Below, one piece after another: positions 8,272 through 16,286 of a stretch of DNA of 20,617 nt (position 1 is the stretch's first letter; every line of letters begins with the position of its first letter). This stretch comes from an uncultured Syntrophorhabdaceae bacterium (lineage in GTDB: Bacteria; Desulfobacterota; Syntrophorhabdia; Syntrophorhabdales; Syntrophorhabdaceae), in contig CAYMTB010000030.1 of NCBI GenBank assembly GCA_964393225.1, positions 1 to 20,617 on the forward strand. Direction: 5' to 3'. The position numbers and the translations under genes were made by a program. The notes beneath the pieces are model-generated. The model had not been told where the DNA came from. It saw only the letters and a program-made list of their open reading frames with translations, and did no database searches.

Positions 8272-9531
8272 TTACATTAGCTTCCTTGCTTCAAGATAAA
8301 TTGTTGACCCCTTTACGTTCTCAATGACAAAACTATTCAATCCCGCAATCTCTCTGATAAGATAATCGACATCTTTTCCTGCTTTGACACGCATCACCAT
8401 CTTTTCGGATATAATGTCCATTTTGACAGCCTTAATTTCCCTCAAATAGGGGATTGCTGATAACAAACCTTTTATTTTACCGATAGATGAATATCCCCCT
8501 GTTTCCCTGATTATAAGCGTAAAGCTCTTCACTTCTTTTTTGCTAAGAATCTTCATTGTCCCTTCAGTCAAAGATGTGGAAGCCTTTTGAAGGGCATCGA
8601 GGCACGCCTTATCTTCACCGCTCCCAAAGCCTTTAATATTCTGCCCTGAAGTAATGGTATTTACTTTGTTGCTTCCTATGTTATAAACCCTTGCGTGCCC
8701 CTTTGCATGCGCTGAATAGATTTCCTGTGTCTTTTCGCTAAAAGATGCTTCGACAGATCCCATAATAATAGTGTTTGCCAACAAATACATACCAAGGGAC
8801 TTAACGGCCGCAGCGCCTCCTCTTCCCGAAGAAGCAATGAGCCGTGTCAGTGTATCATTTTTCATTGTGCGGTAGCCCACAACGGTATACCCTTTTAATT
8901 TTACCTTTGAAATAATTTCTTGCTCAAGGATACGTTTTTTCGTGGGTTTTTTGTTGCTCTTTTCTTCAGTAATGACAATTATTCTGTCATCGAAGAGGTT
9001 TTGAGATATGGCCTCTTCAACAATTCCTTTGTTGATTTTAAACTCCATCCTCACATTTAAAGCGCCGCCATCATCTCTATTTTCCGAAAGCGTTTTGGTT
9101 TCACCAAAAATATCTCCTTCTTTTGCCTTGAAGACTTTCAGGAGATACACCTTCTCTTTTGAAACGAGGTCAGGATGTACATATAACCCGGCAGCTTTCA
9201 GGATTGCCTTTTCCCGTGCGTTCGCGATGGCCGCTCCGCGTGCTTCTTCTGTGTCCTTCCCTTCCGGTATCCCGGCTTTCCCTTCTGCTACAATAATCAC
9301 TGCGGTATCAGCTGCCTCCTGTGATGCCTGCCCTTTTATTGTGGTATCACCGGAAGTTAGAGGCGCTGCTGCAGCATATGCATGAATGAGAAGCGCCAGA
9401 TAAATGACGACTAAAAGCCCTATAGTTACAACCCGTGCCGCCTTAAACTGTATGCACATAAACCAATACCTCCATTTACTGTGTAATAATGTTTTCATGA
9501 TTGCCCCACAGCTTACTCCGGGGTAGTTCAT
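8272..9531 (-). CDS. Membrane-anchored periplasmic protein with an LPP20-like region
   Basis: The 419-aa ORF has a TM/signal anchor, VVTIGLLVVIYLALLIHAYAAAAP, and the motif TEEARGAAIANAREKAILKAAG, which resembles LPP20/FlgP-type lipoprotein domains. Its start overlaps the PP2C stop by 4 nt. Confidence 0.45.
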   Translation of the reverse strand: MNYPGVSCGAIMKTLLHSKWRYWFMCIQFKAARVVTIGLLVVIYLALLIHAYAAAAPLTSGDTTIKGQASQEAADTAVIIVAEGKAGIPEGKDTEEARGAAIANAREKAILKAAGLYVHPDLVSKEKVYLLKVFKAKEGDIFGETKTLSENRDDGGALNVRMEFKINKGIVEEAISQNLFDDRIIVITEEKSNKKPTKKRILEQEIISKVKLKGYTVVGYRTMKNDTLTRLIASSGRGGAAAVKSLGMYLLANTIIMGSVEASFSEKTQEIYSAHAKGHARVYNIGSNKVNTITSGQNIKGFGSGEDKACLDALQKASTSLTEGTMKILSKKEVKSFTLIIRETGGYSSIGKIKGLLSAIPYLREIKAVKMDIISEKMVMRVKAGKDVDYLIREIAGLNSFVIENVKGSTIYLEARKLM

Positions 9532-10373
9532 TTCCTTTTTCTTAGTATCCGGCGCATTAAACTTCGTTTTTTTGCCTCGACCACAATAACAGAAACATTA
9601 TCCGGTGCACCTCCCTCAATTGTCTCTTTAATAAGGGCTTCGCATTTATCCTTAGCAGAAATACTGTTCATCAGAATCTTACTTGCTACATCAACATTCA
9701 GGACCCTGAAGAGACCATCGGATGAGAGCAGAAATATGTCGCTGTCTCCAACATCAAATATACTGATATCGGGTTTTACCGCTTCTCTTGCGCCCACAGC
9801 CCTGGTCAAGGCATGGCTCAATCGATGGTTTTCTGCCTCCAGATCGGTAATCATGCCCAGATCAACAAGGTTTTGCGCCTGCGTATGGTCTTTCGTCAGC
9901 TTTTCCGTCGTTCCGCCCCGTATGCGGTAGGCCCTGCTGTCTCCTACATGGGCAAGGATGACCTTCTCATCCCTGAATAAAAGAAATGTCAGAGTTGTGC
10001 CCATTATTTCGTCTCCGGACTGCCCGTAGATATTCCGGTGAGCCTCCTGGATTGACATCGAAACAAGCGACATAATAGTGGAGTCGTCGCCCGCCCTATC
10101 TATCAAGTCTGGCACGATATTTTTCTTCATGAAATCATGGATCGCATTTACCGCTTCCCGGCTTGCAATCTCTCCCTTTGCATGCCCGCCCATCCCATCG
10201 GCGACGATGTAAAGCATAAGATCGTTGTCAACAAGGATACTATCCTGATTGTTTGTCCTCCTGATACCCTTATCTGTCATACCGTATCCGTTCATAGACA
10301 CTTTATGTGATTTCCTCTTTATCTGTGATTTGGATCTGTTTGTCATCCGCAACCTCGATCTGCTTTTCATCAT
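9528..10373 (-). CDS. PP2C-family Ser/Thr protein phosphatase (PstP/Stp-like)
   Basis: The 281-aa ORF reads MTDKGIRRTNNQDSILVDNDLMLYIVADGMGGHAKGEIASREAV... The DGMGGH metal-binding motif is present, with later acidic motifs (VGDSRAY, LLSSDGL). The basic N-terminal 27 residues of the longest ORF may not be translated, and the start is probably MNGYGMTDKG. The stop of the upstream gene overlaps this start by 1 nt (TAATG). Confidence 0.9.
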   Translation of the reverse strand: MMKSRSRLRMTNRSKSQIKRKSHKVSMNGYGMTDKGIRRTNNQDSILVDNDLMLYIVADGMGGHAKGEIASREAVNAIHDFMKKNIVPDLIDRAGDDSTIMSLVSMSIQEAHRNIYGQSGDEIMGTTLTFLLFRDEKVILAHVGDSRAYRIRGGTTEKLTKDHTQAQNLVDLGMITDLEAENHRLSHALTRAVGAREAVKPDISIFDVGDSDIFLLSSDGLFRVLNVDVASKILMNSISAKDKCEALIKETIEGGAPDNVSVIVVEAKKRSLMRRILRKRK

Positions 10374-10792
10374 TATTTTATGCTTATTGAATAATTGTAA
10401 AGCATTATTTTCTCTCCTATTGTAATCCTCGCCTTATTCTTGCCCGGTCTTTCACCTTTAATTGCTATACTATCTTCAGTGTGGCTCAGGATATTCCATT
10501 CCCCGCCGTTAATAAAAATATCACAGAGAACAGGCGGTATCCCCGGCCCTTTCAACGGGATGTCGCACTCGGGACTTCTCCCGATACGGTAATGGCGTTT
10601 TCTGAGGGGCATGCTGAGAAACACTGCTCCGTCTCGCATGACCGTCAAGAGACGCTCTGCCCTCTGTTTTGGCGAAGACATTCTTGCCGTACCATTTAAG
10701 ATGCTTGCGAAGAGAAGTAGGAGTGCGACAACCCCGGCGGAGGCCACAAAGACTGCGTTGAGCAGTTTTATCGTATAGTGAGTCAGTTCCAT
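10373..10792 (-). CDS. FhaB/FipA-like membrane-anchored FHA domain protein
   Basis: The 139-aa ORF has an N-terminal TM, LLNAVFVASAGVVALLLLFASIL. An FHA core follows: HYRIGRSPECDIPL...ILSHTEDSIAIKG. It sits between the fhaA-like gene and the PP2C gene, as in the actinobacterial fhaA-fhaB-pstP order. Confidence 0.75.
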   Translation of the reverse strand: MELTHYTIKLLNAVFVASAGVVALLLLFASILNGTARMSSPKQRAERLLTVMRDGAVFLSMPLRKRHYRIGRSPECDIPLKGPGIPPVLCDIFINGGEWNILSHTEDSIAIKGERPGKNKARITIGEKIMLYNYSISIK

Positions 10793-11707
10793 TTATGCCA
10801 CTTTCAGGAGTACTTTCTTGCCTACGGCAATAACATCGCCTTTTGCAAGCTCCGCTTCATCAATTTCAATACCATTCACCCCGGTCCCGTTCTTGCTTCC
10901 CATATCCTGAATCCTTAGTTTCCCCTGCCTAATGATGAGCTTAAAATGCATCCTCGAAATGCGATGTTCCTCATCTTTTAAAAGAATGTGTGCCTCCTTG
11001 CCCCTTCCAAAGGTGTATTCCCCTTCCTGGAGGGCAATCACGTCTCCTTTATCTTCACCATCAATAATTTCAAGCTTTACCCTTGCAGTATCAAAGTACT
11101 GTGTCAGCGATTCCTCGAAAATGTGTGTTCCCACATCATCAATAATCTTCGTATGCTGTTTTTCGTCCTTGCTGTAAGGGGCATTGACGGCATTATCTGT
11201 TCCATGGGGGGATTCCTTCGCGTGACCGGGGTTTTTCATCTCCTCCGGGTGTTCCTGGAAGAGAGGTATAACACCCTTTTTTTCGTCATGCTCAGGGAAA
11301 AGCGGCGCATTGCCCCTTGACTGTTGTGGAGACGATTTCTCCTTGAGAAAAGATGACTCCACCGCCATCTGATTGCGAAGCAGTCCAGCATCTTCCCGTA
11401 TCTCGATGTTGACAGATGTTGAAAGAAGCTTATATCCCTTTTTCCTGATTCTCTCGTTCAGTTTGTTTTTCAATTGTTCCTTGATACCCGAAAGAAGAGG
11501 GGAAATCTCTTCGTAGTCGAAGGGGCTGAGATACATGATGTAGACATTAGGCACAAAGGCCTTCTCCTCGATGCCGTATTTCTTTCGCTTTTCAAGCTCC
11601 CTGAAAAGCTTAATGAGTATATCTCTGGGCTGAATCTCCGTGGCAGACGTGTGAAAAAACCGTGTAAAGATACTAAAAACACCTTTAATCCTGTTAATGA
11701 ACTCCAT
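10793..11707 (-). CDS. FhaA-like protein: N-terminal DUF3662-like domain plus C-terminal FHA domain
   Basis: The 304-aa ORF has N-terminal IKGVFSIFTRFF...EIQPRDILIKLFRELEKRK...FVPNVYIMYLSPFDYEEI, a DUF3662-like pattern. The C-terminal region YTFGRGKEAHILLKDEEHRISRMHFKLIIRQGKLRIQDMGSKNGTGVNGIEI is a clear FHA domain. A strong SD, AAGGGAGGG, lies 5 nt before the ATG. Confidence 0.8.
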   Translation of the reverse strand: MEFINRIKGVFSIFTRFFHTSATEIQPRDILIKLFRELEKRKKYGIEEKAFVPNVYIMYLSPFDYEEISPLLSGIKEQLKNKLNERIRKKGYKLLSTSVNIEIREDAGLLRNQMAVESSFLKEKSSPQQSRGNAPLFPEHDEKKGVIPLFQEHPEEMKNPGHAKESPHGTDNAVNAPYSKDEKQHTKIIDDVGTHIFEESLTQYFDTARVKLEIIDGEDKGDVIALQEGEYTFGRGKEAHILLKDEEHRISRMHFKLIIRQGKLRIQDMGSKNGTGVNGIEIDEAELAKGDVIAVGKKVLLKVA

Positions 11708-11770
11708 ATTGCCCTCCCTTGTAAGTAATTTTTGGCCACATAGATTATTAGACTGATGAAAGGATTTTTT

Positions 11771-11797
11771 TATGCAGGTTAAATTATGATAGTTTTA
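11771..11797 (-). promoter_or_regulatory. Candidate sigma70-like promoter for the 10-gene fhaA-like operon
   Basis: On the minus strand there is TTGACT (complement of 11792-11797), a 15-nt spacer and TAATTT (complement of 11771-11776), about 60 nt upstream of the ATG at 11707. It sits in a 238-nt intergenic gap. This is a pattern match only. Confidence 0.25.
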
Positions 11798-11916
11798 CAA
11801 AAGTCAAAAACTGCTGCGGTAAAGCCTGTCATCGAATGGTTTGAATAGGTCACAATAAATAATTATCGCAGCTTATGCCGGGCGAGGGGCTTACACCTCA
11901 ACATAAAAAACTTCAG

Positions 11917-14100
11917 AAAACAGAAAATCAGAATCCAGAAGACAACTACCTGGGGGAAGAGGCAATCCTAAACCCGCTGTAGAAGTCCCTGTCCGACGGA
12001 TCGTCGCTGCCCCGGACCGAAGCACGGATGCTCCCCGGAATGCCGTCCCAACTGCCGCCACGAAGCACCCTGTCTCGACCAGAAGAAGGACCTTGAGGGT
12101 TGTCTCTGGGACTTCTTTTATAATAGTTTTCATCGTACAAGTCCGATACCCATTCCCAGACATTGCCGGTCATGTCATAGAGACCGAGGGAATTGGGCTG
12201 TTTCTGGCCTACAGGGTGGGTTTTACTGCCTGAGTTCAAGTAGTACCAGGCATAGTTTCCAAGTTCTGAATCGGAGCTTGTACCTGCATATTTCTCTTTC
12301 TTGCCGCCACTGCGGGCGGCATATTCCCACTCTGCCTCGGTGGGGAGGCGGTAGGATTTGCCGGTACGGGAGTTGAGTTTCTGGATGAACCCCTGGGCAT
12401 CGTCCCAGGAGACTTCTTCTACGGGACAGGTATCACCGCAGGATGAAAGGTGTGAGGGATTGCTGCCCATGATAGTTTTCCACTGTCCCTGGGTGACTTC
12501 GTATTTCCCTATGGAGAAATCAGAGACGCAGACATTGTGGACCGGTTTTTCATCGGATGAGCCACCGCCGAAGGTATCCCCCATGTCGAAACATCCGCCT
12601 TTCACGAAGACAAATTCCATGCCCGTTACAGGGTCGGTATAGGCAGAAACTAAAGTTGGTTTTGCAGGAACTGGCACAGTGGTTGCTGCTGTTTTCTTGG
12701 CAGGTTTTAGGAACTCATACAGATATTGTATGGTTTCTGCAGGAGTTACGTTTTCTTTATAATTACGATAATAGTATAGGCCTATTACGCCGGCAAAAAT
12801 GATAAAAGTGGTAACGAATAAGAAAACAATAACCTCTGTATCCGCTTTCCTCCAGGTCTGTGCTTTCCTTTCTTCTTGTTTTCTTTGTGCGTCTTCTGCC
12901 TCGTGTCTGCGTTTATCCTCTTCTTCCTGTTTCTTTTCTTCTTCCTTCTGTTTCTTTTCTTCTTTTACCCGCTTTAATTCCTGTTCCCGATGCTGCTTTT
13001 TCTGTTCCTGCTCCTTCCGTTCCTCTTCCTCTATCTTCTTCCTTTCAAGGAACTGTTCTCTTTCGCACCTCACCCTCTCATCTTTTTCCTGCTGTTGTTT
13101 TATGAGCGTTTCCTGACGCTCTTTCTCTTCTTCTTCTTTCTGTCTCCGCTCTGCCTCTTCAGCTTCGTTCTTGAGCCGCTTCTCTTCCTGCCTTTTCCGT
13201 TCACCTTCTTCGACCTCTTTCTGTCTTATTTCCTCTTCATGTCGTCGTTTTTCATCCTTTGTCTTCTCCACTATGTTAAGAAAAGCATCCGAGAGTTCCC
13301 TGGCATTCCCATAGCGATTCTCCTTTCGAATAGCAACACACTTCCGGTAGATGTCGTTGATCTCAGGAGGAAGAGATGGATTGAATTCTGTGGGCGGTTC
13401 CGGCCCTATGGTATTCTCCAGCGTAAGCAGTTCAAAGAGTACTACCCCTACGGAGTAGATATCGGAGCGTTGATCCACCAGGTCCGGTTTGTTTTTCTGT
13501 TCCGGAGACATGTAATAGGCAGTGCCGATTCCTTTCCTGGCATCTTTGTGGACATCGAGGACCATAGCAAGGCCGAAGTCGGTGAGCTTGAGGGCATTAT
13601 CGGCGGCAATGAGGATGTTCTCTGGTTTAATGTCCCTGTGGACGGTAAGCTTGTGGGCCTCAGTGAGGGCATCGCAGAGCTGGGAGATAATGGGATATGC
13701 TTCGTCAAGGGTAAAGGGCTCTCCGGTCTTCTTTCTCTCTTCGATAATCTCCCGTAAGGCCTTTCCTTCTATCCACTCCATGGTAAAGAATTCGAGACCG
13801 TTATAGTCATTGATGTCGTAGACTCTCACGATATTGAAGTGACGGAGGTCGCGGGATATCATTACCTCCTGTCGAAACATATTAAGGATATCCTGCGAAT
13901 TGAGGAGATGGGGGTGGATAACCTTGAGGGTGGTGATCCTCCCTCCGAGCTTTGTATCCTTTACCTTATAGACAACACCCATACCTCCTTTCTTGCCTTC
14001 TGTGATGATCTCATACCGGGAGGCAAAGAGGGAGCCGGGGGTAAAGGGGTTTTCTATGATCTCAGGGCCGGTGTAAGAGTCATCGATGTGGGCAAAGAGG
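11917..14100 (-). repeat. Copy A of a dispersed, mosaic gene duplication (kinase-FGE paralogs about 4.2 kb apart). It includes a conserved ~27-nt 3' flank.
   Basis: Direct comparison shows 12290-12330 and 16735-16775 share gcggcatattcccactctgcctc[g/a]gtggggaggcggta. The 13540-13740 and 17628-17830 segments are about 92% identical. The 3' flanks cagaaaacagaaaatcagaat[c/a]caga are shared. The middle segments (coiled coil/TM versus none) are unrelated. Confidence 0.7.
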
Positions 14101-14144
14101 TCGTCATGATTACCCCTTCCGCTGCCTCCCTTTCTGTCTGTCAA
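11946..14144 (-). CDS. Receptor-type Ser/Thr protein kinase (kinase-FGE paralog A): Hanks kinase, E/K/R-rich coiled coil, single TM helix, extracytoplasmic FGE-sulfatase (SUMF1-like) domain
   Basis: The 732-aa ORF has a kinase domain (KKGGMGVVYKV, LKVIH, HRDIKPENILI, TDFGLA, YMSPEQ, DIYSVGVVLFELLT). About 130 aa of KEEEKKQEEE-type repeats follow. The TM is VIVFLFVTTFIIFAGVIGLYYY. The FGE-like domain reads FVFVKGGCFDMGD...YRLPTEAEWEYAAR...GNVWEWVSD...RVLRGGSW...GFRIASS. The start as called is a TTG immediately after an in-frame TAA; an AGAAAGG SD-like sequence lies 8 nt upstream. Confidence 0.85.
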   Translation of the reverse strand: MTDRKGGSGRGNHDDLFAHIDDSYTGPEIIENPFTPGSLFASRYEIITEGKKGGMGVVYKVKDTKLGGRITTLKVIHPHLLNSQDILNMFRQEVMISRDLRHFNIVRVYDINDYNGLEFFTMEWIEGKALREIIEERKKTGEPFTLDEAYPIISQLCDALTEAHKLTVHRDIKPENILIAADNALKLTDFGLAMVLDVHKDARKGIGTAYYMSPEQKNKPDLVDQRSDIYSVGVVLFELLTLENTIGPEPPTEFNPSLPPEINDIYRKCVAIRKENRYGNARELSDAFLNIVEKTKDEKRRHEEEIRQKEVEEGERKRQEEKRLKNEAEEAERRQKEEEEKERQETLIKQQQEKDERVRCEREQFLERKKIEEEERKEQEQKKQHREQELKRVKEEKKQKEEEKKQEEEDKRRHEAEDAQRKQEERKAQTWRKADTEVIVFLFVTTFIIFAGVIGLYYYRNYKENVTPAETIQYLYEFLKPAKKTAATTVPVPAKPTLVSAYTDPVTGMEFVFVKGGCFDMGDTFGGGSSDEKPVHNVCVSDFSIGKYEVTQGQWKTIMGSNPSHLSSCGDTCPVEEVSWDDAQGFIQKLNSRTGKSYRLPTEAEWEYAARSGGKKEKYAGTSSDSELGNYAWYYLNSGSKTHPVGQKQPNSLGLYDMTGNVWEWVSDLYDENYYKRSPRDNPQGPSSGRDRVLRGGSWDGIPGSIRASVRGSDDPSDRDFYSGFRIASSPR

Positions 14145-14211
14145 TTAATCAACCTTTCTTACTAATATAAATGAAGCATGACAATTTATATTCTCCAAGC
14201 CATGAATGGTT

Positions 14212-16002
14212 TTATTCCTTCTTGTCCCCTGATGCAAGAGTCACATGCAGCATGACATCGCCGATTGTAATCTCTGAGTGTTCCGGGAGCAGTTTTCGTA
14301 TCTCGGGTTCCAGCCTTGTTCTGTCCAGATATGTCCCGTACTTCGAGTTTAGATCCTCAATAAAATACCGCCCTTCCCGAACTGAGAGTCGAGTGTGAAT
14401 GTCCGATACCGTTTCATTATCTATAGATATGCCGTTTGAAATGTCCCGGCCTATGGTGAGCTCCTTTACCAGAATAATATATCCTTCTGCACCAGGACAG
14501 TTGTTCTTGCGCGTGATCAACGCTGCATGGGCAAGACCCTTTGTATCCACCGGGAGGAGCCTCCACATAAGGTCAAGATGACCTGCCACACCGATGAGAG
14601 CGTGGTCAGGAATCATGCATGCCACATTGGGCTCAAGCCTTTGCCCGTTGAGAAAGGTGCCATGGGTACTCCCTTTTTCGTGTGTACCCGTATCCACTAT
14701 GAAAAAGACACCGTTTTTCTTAACAATCTCACACTGTTTGGCGCTTATCCGTATATTCTGCGTATAGTAGGACATAGGTACGCTTCCCGGATATGTTTCT
14801 TCAAGGAGAAGTCGATTGAGTTGCCTGATCATAATCTGCTCTTCCTTATGCATTTTCCGATATTCCTTCCTTTGTCGGAAGCCTTCCGCTCTTTTAATGT
14901 GGCCGGTAATATGCCCAGAATATTTCCTCAACGCCTTCTGCATGCCTGCTGCAGGAGGGAGCTTTTGAAGCATTTCATAGAGGTCGGACTGGGTAATGAA
15001 GGTATTCAAAGCCTCTATACCTGCAACATCATCGGACAAATCGGGCAGATTAAATCCTGCGCGACGCAGGTTTTCAGAGAGTGCAGATGCACTATAAGGA
15101 GGCGCAAACTGTTCGGCATAGAAGTCCGGCGAATCAACAAACTTCGTGCCATCCTCTGACCATCTGGTTTGCGGGAAGACCAGCGTAACGATATCGTTGT
15201 CCGGTCCCCTCCCGAGAGAAATACTCTTCTTTGAAAAAAGGTATACTCTTCTTTCCGGACGATCGAAAGTAATGACACCGGAGGTAGATGGTTTAACCTG
15301 TTTTAGCTCTATTTCGTCGCGTTGTCTTTGTGTCTCATCCTCATCCAGATCAAAATTAATCCTCCACCAGAACTCCTCATCAACCCCTTGAGAAAAGGAA
15401 GAACTTTTCGGGCCTTCTTTTATAAAAGGAAGTATATCTTCCATGCCCAGATTCTCCCTGATTATACCTCTATTATTCTCATTATTTAATGTAAGGGCGA
15501 AACTTTGTATACCCGATGACGCACTGCTGTGAACCTTGAATGGAATGGTTGTGTTGAAAATAAATGGCCTTCCTTTAGAGTCGGCATATTTAAGAATCAG
15601 CCTTGCTATATAGACCCCGCCTTTTTCAGGGAAAAACGAGAAATATTCACTTTTCCCTTTTGTGAGGGCTTTATAGGGAATTTTTCTTTCTTCCGGTTCT
15701 TTCCTCAGTTCATGCTCAATAACAAAAAGGATATCTGAAATCTTGCTTGACGTAACGCGGGTAAATTTCAATTCAAAATTGCAGTTGTTGTCTTGAATAT
15801 ATACCTTCTTAATATTGAGCCATGCAGCTATATCAATGTTTTCAAGCCCCAATTCCCTGCGAACCTGATGCCTGTGTTCATCGGTAAGCTCAGCAAGGCA
15901 CTCTGCGCAACAGGAAATATTGTCCAGAGGTCTGTTGAGCTGGAGGTACGATTCAACCATGTCATTCAGCTCTTTCCTGCATTCAGGGTTTGGACATCGC
16001 AT
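14212..16002 (-). CDS. Zinc-ribbon protein with two C-terminal FHA domains and a possible third, degenerate one
   Basis: The 596-aa ORF starts MRCPNPECRKELNDMVESYLQLNRPLDNISCCAECL (zinc ribbon). FHA1 reads ISAKQCEIVKKNGVFFIVDTGTHEKGSTHGTFLNGQRLEP. FHA2 reads LTIGRDISNGISIDNETVSDIHTRLSVREGRYFIEDLNSKYGTYLDRTRLEP. A middle segment, SISLGRGPDNDIVTLVF, is FHA-like. Confidence 0.75.
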   Translation of the reverse strand: MRCPNPECRKELNDMVESYLQLNRPLDNISCCAECLAELTDEHRHQVRRELGLENIDIAAWLNIKKVYIQDNNCNFELKFTRVTSSKISDILFVIEHELRKEPEERKIPYKALTKGKSEYFSFFPEKGGVYIARLILKYADSKGRPFIFNTTIPFKVHSSASSGIQSFALTLNNENNRGIIRENLGMEDILPFIKEGPKSSSFSQGVDEEFWWRINFDLDEDETQRQRDEIELKQVKPSTSGVITFDRPERRVYLFSKKSISLGRGPDNDIVTLVFPQTRWSEDGTKFVDSPDFYAEQFAPPYSASALSENLRRAGFNLPDLSDDVAGIEALNTFITQSDLYEMLQKLPPAAGMQKALRKYSGHITGHIKRAEGFRQRKEYRKMHKEEQIMIRQLNRLLLEETYPGSVPMSYYTQNIRISAKQCEIVKKNGVFFIVDTGTHEKGSTHGTFLNGQRLEPNVACMIPDHALIGVAGHLDLMWRLLPVDTKGLAHAALITRKNNCPGAEGYIILVKELTIGRDISNGISIDNETVSDIHTRLSVREGRYFIEDLNSKYGTYLDRTRLEPEIRKLLPEHSEITIGDVMLHVTLASGDKKE

Positions 16003-16024
16003 CTTTTACTCGACTATCCTTTGC

Positions 16025-16030
16025 ATTATA
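16025..16030 (-). promoter_or_regulatory. Perfect TATAAT -10 hexamer (minus strand) 23-28 nt upstream of the multi-FHA gene start, inside a 340-nt ORF-free gap
   Basis: The plus strand reads attata at 16025-16030. No convincing -35 lies at 17 nt (TTGTAT lies at 22 nt). Confidence 0.2.
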
Positions 16031-16286
16031 AAAAATGGACTGCGTTTCATTTATACAACCTGATCGCTGTTTCTGTAAATATTTACACTATGTTCGCAAA
16101 TAACATCAAACTATTTTTTCAATGCTGCGCATGCAGGGCTTTCGGTAATATGAACAGCTTACCAACCATGCATCCCCCTCCTTCAATCCTTTGTCGGCCT
16201 ACACGTGTAACAGATATAGATAGAGCGAATGAACAAACGTTTTCTGCAAAACAACAAGATAAAAAAGCTAAGGCGCCCTCAGGAGA

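Noticed and set aside
11891-12163. 90-aa minus-strand ORF, and its near-identical twin at 16279..16560 (93 aa)
   Set aside because: Both lie in an alternative frame inside the FGE-domain coding regions. Their similarity is just a by-product of the kinase-FGE duplication. They are rich in Gly/Ala/Arg read-through sequence and have no start context.
11946-12650. Active formylglycine-generating enzyme / sulfatase-maturase
   Set aside because: Neither C-terminal FGE-like domain has the paired catalytic cysteines. A sensor role is more likely.
12830-13260. Possible CRISPR-like or tandem repeat array
   Set aside because: The periodicity is 3 nt (codon-level GAA/AAG repeats) within an open reading frame. 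It has no repeat-spacer structure.
12990-13757. 255-aa plus-strand ORF (L/F/S-rich). Other long plus-strand ORFs fall in the same class (4971..5432, 7250..7777, 14527..15159, 15793..16377, 16229..16702).
   Set aside because: All are antisense to well-supported minus-strand genes with recognisable domains. Their proteins are low-complexity mirror images of purine-rich coding repeats and match no family. None has an RBS or operon context.
9528-14144. Type VI secretion threonine-phosphorylation pathway (Fha/PpkA/PppA-like)
   Set aside because: The FHA + kinase + PP2C triad resembles it. But no T6SS core genes (TssB/C, Hcp, VgrG, TssM) occur anywhere in the 20 kb. The FhaA/FhaB-like architectures fit the cell-wall-type module better.
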